From Nitrospirota bacterium (GTDB lineage Bacteria > Nitrospirota > Thermodesulfovibrionia > Thermodesulfovibrionales > Dissulfurispiraceae): a stretch of DNA of 64,000 bases. Each line of letters opens with the position of its first letter. Position 1 is the stretch's first letter. Shown piece by piece: positions 60,782 to 64,000 of this stretch. Where the stretch lies: contig CAVPZX010000002.1 of assembly GCA_963710375.1 (NCBI GenBank), forward strand, positions 128,001 through 192,000, read 5' to 3'. Below the pieces are notes generated by a model. The model made no database searches. It was not told the origin of the DNA and saw nothing but the letters and a program-made list of their open reading frames with translations. The translations under genes were made by a program, and so were the position numbers.

Positions 60782-62001
60782 TAAGCCAGAACTTCCTTGA
60801 TAAAATAATCCATCAGCCGGTGGCCTTCTTCAACTACCATGATATCCTTTCTGCCGGTGATTGATTCGTCATAGGAGACGCCTTCGTTGTTTTTCTTTTT
60901 GCGGCTATCGTATATGACAAACGGCACAGGTTCATCAGTATGGGTCCTGATTTTTACCGGTGTAGCGTGATCGGGCAGCAGCAAAATGCGATATTCCCTG
61001 AACCTTTCGTCCAGGCCTTTCAGTACCGGCCCCACCACAAAGGCATCGAAATCCGCGATAGCCTTGAGTTTGTCTTTACAATTTCCCGAATGCCCTGCCT
61101 CGTCAGGGGCCTCTATATGCAGATAGACAAAATCCACTTTTTCCAGAGCATCGAGGGCATGCTCAGTCTTGCCGGCGTAATTAGTATCCAGCCAACCTGT
61201 TGCGCCCGGCACATTGAGCACTTCAAATCCGGCGCAGACGCCCAACCCCTTGGTAAGATCGACCGCGGATACGAGCGCCCCGCTAATTCCGTATTTCTCC
61301 TTATATGACGGAATCTGAGGTTTCTTTCCCTGGCCCCATAGCCAAATACTACTGGCCGGTTTCTTGCCATTATCAACCCGCTTCCTGTTTACCGGATGAT
61401 CATCGAGGAGCACAGCAGATTTCATCATCAGCTCTCTGAGAACATTCTGTCCTCTGCCTGAAGGTAGGTAACCGGAAATTTCCTTTTCAAGTATGTCATG
61501 AGGCGGTGTGCATTCCATGTCCGCATAGCCGTTCTTCCATACCATGAGATGCCGGTAGCTGACACCAGGGTAGAATACTATGTCCTTACTGCCCAGCCTT
61601 TGTTGGACAGTACCTATAATTTCCCTGGCTTCCTCAGTCGATATGTGTCCGCAGCTGTAATCATCCATAACGGCGCTTGTCTTGTCCGCGCCAAACCTCA
61701 GCGTTATGAGGTTGCACCGGTAGGCAACATCTTGCGTATCGAGCGCCACGCCGATACTTGCCGCTTCGAGCGGCGCTCTTCCCGTATAGTAGCGCAGGGG
61801 GTCATAACCGAGGATGCTCAGGTTTGCAACATCGGACCCGGGGTGAACGCCCTTGGGAACCGTGCGCACGCTCCCGATAATCCCTTCGCGGGCCAATCTG
61901 TCCATATTGGGCGTTTCAGCCTTTTTGAGCGGAGTCAACCCGCCCAGTTCCTCAACCGGCCTGTCCGCCATGCCGTCACCGATGATAACAATGTATTTCA
62001 T
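60781..62001 (-). CDS. Cofactor-independent phosphoglycerate mutase (ApgM) family protein in the threonine cluster
   Basis: [29 protein letters not shown]. Confidence 0.85.
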   Translation of the reverse strand: MKYIVIIGDGMADRPVEELGGLTPLKKAETPNMDRLAREGIIGSVRTVPKGVHPGSDVANLSILGYDPLRYYTGRAPLEAASIGVALDTQDVAYRCNLITLRFGADKTSAVMDDYSCGHISTEEAREIIGTVQQRLGSKDIVFYPGVSYRHLMVWKNGYADMECTPPHDILEKEISGYLPSGRGQNVLRELMMKSAVLLDDHPVNRKRVDNGKKPASSIWLWGQGKKPQIPSYKEKYGISGALVSAVDLTKGLGVCAGFEVLNVPGATGWLDTNYAGKTEHALDALEKVDFVYLHIEAPDEAGHSGNCKDKLKAIADFDAFVVGPVLKGLDERFREYRILLLPDHATPVKIRTHTDEPVPFVIYDSRKKKNNEGVSYDESITGRKDIMVVEEGHRLMDYFIKEVLA

Positions 62002-62021
62002 TCTTTACACCATACACAATC

Positions 62022-62160
62022 AGGTTAAGGTTGAGGTTAAGGTTAAGAAAAAAAGCAATTTTTTTTATACAATGTCTTCAATCTTGCTTAACCTCAACCT
62101 TAACCTGTCTTTTATAGCTTTAATCTTGCTTAACCTTAACCTTAACCTTAACCTGTCTTT
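62022..62160. repeat. Tandem-inverted hexamer repeat with a duplicated right arm
   Basis: aggttaaggttgaggttaaggttaag, then two copies of aatcttgcttaacct(n)gtctttttatag. Confidence 0.85.
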
Positions 62161-62161
62161 T

Positions 62162-63256
62162 TTATAGTACCTTTTCTATTATTTTCCTGACTTCATCGAA
62201 TTCGGCCTTGACCTTAATCGCTTCGTCAGCCACTTTGAACACCGTATCAGGGTCCTTCAATCCGTTCCCTGTCAATGTACACACTACGGTCTCGCCCTTC
62301 CTGAAAAAACCGGCCCTGTATAATTTAATAACACCGGCAAGCGATGCAGCAGAAGCCGGCTCACAGAAAATACCCTCATGCGAGGCAATGAGCTTGTAAG
62401 CAGCCAGTATCTCATCATCCGTAACCATGTCTATGCGTCCGCCCGACTCATCCCTTGCCGCCTCGGCGCTCTTCCAGCTTGCCGGATTGCCGATCCTGAT
62501 TGCAGTAGCAATCGTCTCCGGTTTTTGAATGCGATGACCGAGAACAATGGGCGCCGCCCCTGCTGCCTGAAAGCCGAGCATCTTGGGTAAACCCGTTATC
62601 ATGCCCTCCCTGTAATATTCTCCGTAGCCTCTCCAATAAGCGGTAATGTTTCCAGCATTGCCGACCGGCAATGCATGGTAGTCCGGTGCAGCGCCAAGAT
62701 AGTCACACACTTCAAACGCCGCTGATTTCTGTCCTTCTATTCTAAAAGGGTTAATGGAATTGACAAGTGTGATCGGATATTTCGAGACCACCTCTTTGAC
62801 AATCGTTAACGCATCATCAAAATTTCCCTGAATTTGCAATACTGTAGCGCCATGCACCAACGCCTGTACGAGCTTTCCGAGTGCGATCTTACCTTCGGGG
62901 ATCACAACTATGGCCTTTATGCCTGCCCGTGCGGCGTAGGCTGCCGCCGATGCCGATGTATTCCCGGTTGAGGCGCAGATCACTGCTTTTGATCCTGACT
63001 CAACCGCCTTTGAAAGCGCAAGCGTCATGCCCCTGTCCTTGAAAGAGCCTGTCGGATTGGCGCCATCGAACTTAAAATAAATAGTGAGGTCCCCTCTGAC
63101 TTGTTCTGGCAGATTGACCGCTTTGATAAGCGGGGTATTGCCCTCCAGAAGACTCACAACCGGAGTGCTTTCACTAACAGGAAAAAATCTTCCGTATGCT
63201 TCAATAATACCTTTCCACAATGTCCGTGTACCAGAATTACACGCTCCCACCTTCAT
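62162..63256 (-). CDS. thrC: Threonine synthase
   Basis: [37 protein letters not shown]. Confidence 0.93.
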   Translation of the reverse strand: MKVGACNSGTRTLWKGIIEAYGRFFPVSESTPVVSLLEGNTPLIKAVNLPEQVRGDLTIYFKFDGANPTGSFKDRGMTLALSKAVESGSKAVICASTGNTSASAAAYAARAGIKAIVVIPEGKIALGKLVQALVHGATVLQIQGNFDDALTIVKEVVSKYPITLVNSINPFRIEGQKSAAFEVCDYLGAAPDYHALPVGNAGNITAYWRGYGEYYREGMITGLPKMLGFQAAGAAPIVLGHRIQKPETIATAIRIGNPASWKSAEAARDESGGRIDMVTDDEILAAYKLIASHEGIFCEPASAASLAGVIKLYRAGFFRKGETVVCTLTGNGLKDPDTVFKVADEAIKVKAEFDEVRKIIEKVL

Positions 63257-63293
63257 ACATTCTCCTTTAATGCCTGCTAATAAATAACTTGCC

Positions 63294-63530
63294 TTACTGT
63301 ATGACGTCTCCTTCGATCAGTTCCACCTCAATCCCCTGATCCTGTAAAGACTTGATTCCCTTTTCAAGGTTTTCTTCGTCCCCCTCAAGCTCAAGAATCA
63401 TTTCTCCGACAGTATCGGTTACGCGCGCCCGCCGTATATTGGGCAATACGTCATACTTTCTGGCCATGGTAAATAGCACAGGTTCTTTAATAAGATTTTG
63501 AGGAAACGTCAATTTCACACGCCTCTTCAT
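63294..63530 (-). CDS. Stand-alone NIL-domain protein
   Basis: LTFP...EPV...PNIRRA...GEMILEL. Confidence 0.8.
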   Translation of the reverse strand: MKRRVKLTFPQNLIKEPVLFTMARKYDVLPNIRRARVTDTVGEMILELEGDEENLEKGIKSLQDQGIEVELIEGDVIQ

Positions 63531-63572
63531 CTACCCCTCCTCTTTAATCGTCGCACGTCAAGCTAATTTTTT

Positions 63573-63875
63573 TTACACTCGACCAGTGACGCCGCACGCT
63601 GTTTGCCCTCCGGCTATTGCCGGAACAATGGAAACCTCATCCCCGTCCTTTACAGGCGTCTGTTCAGCCTGCAAAAACCGGATATCCTCCTCATTGACAT
63701 AGACGTTAACAAATCTTCTGACCTTGCCCCCCTCTGATATTCTCTCGGCAATACCCGGGTATCGCGAATCAAGGTCGTTGATAAGTCCTATCACCGAACC
63801 GGCCTTGCCTTCAACTTCCTCTTTCCCTGCTGTCAGCCGCTGAAGCGGCGTCGGAATTCTCACTTTTACCGCCAT
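63573..63875 (-). CDS. MoaD/ThiS/CysO-like sulfur carrier with a C-terminal extension after GG
   Basis: VRIPTPL, FVNVYVNEEDIRFL, IVPAIAGG+QTACGVTGRV. Confidence 0.88.
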   Translation of the reverse strand: MAVKVRIPTPLQRLTAGKEEVEGKAGSVIGLINDLDSRYPGIAERISEGGKVRRFVNVYVNEEDIRFLQAEQTPVKDGDEVSIVPAIAGGQTACGVTGRV

Positions 63876-64000
63876 GAAATCACCTCCTTAAAATCAGGCT
63901 AAAAGCTAATGACAAGAAATACTCTTTCTGTTCCTTTAGCCCATCGCCTTTTGCCTTTCCTTATTACCTATCGCCTATTTTTTTTAATATCTCTTCAAAT

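Noticed and set aside
62022..62160. Short repeat arrays as a possible CRISPR
   Set aside because: Units are 6-7 bp tandem with no unique spacers, and there are no cas genes

Overview
Bacterial chromosomal window. Gene content and style suggest an anaerobic Nitrospirota or deltaproteobacterium-like organism; this is inference and was not verified. The mostly minus-strand housekeeping backbone contains mlaEFD, lpxL, a LonC-type protease, xerD, rng, larE, pilMNOPQ, aspS, rluB, surA, hypE, argH, an EF-G paralogue, cimA, lysC and thrC. Two accessory blocks interrupt it, at about 10.5-22.5 kb and 40.3-49.6 kb. The main observation is a probable selenium-dependent methionine-oxidation / reactive-chlorine defence module at 10.5-17.1 kb. 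It comprises an MsrPQ-like molybdoenzyme with cytochrome b, a YHS lipoprotein, an unannotated exported small protein with an in-frame UGA and SECIS-like hairpin that aligns to the MsrA catalytic core, a ~30% Met secreted peptide, an OmpR-type two-component system and a Sec-MsrA (GUFWG). Two promoters in this module share the same four-box 11-bp-period repeat followed by an extended -10. Other observations: a structured MITE-like element, a palindromic element inserted in frame into a lipoprotein signal peptide, recurrent tandem-inverted microsatellite hairpins, divergent sigma54 promoters (pilM / PilZ gene), a heme-c sensor kinase, a serpin gene remnant, a RES-Xre toxin-antitoxin pair, and five single-base (+1) frameshifts that look like sequencing errors. 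No rRNA, tRNA or CRISPR array was recognised.
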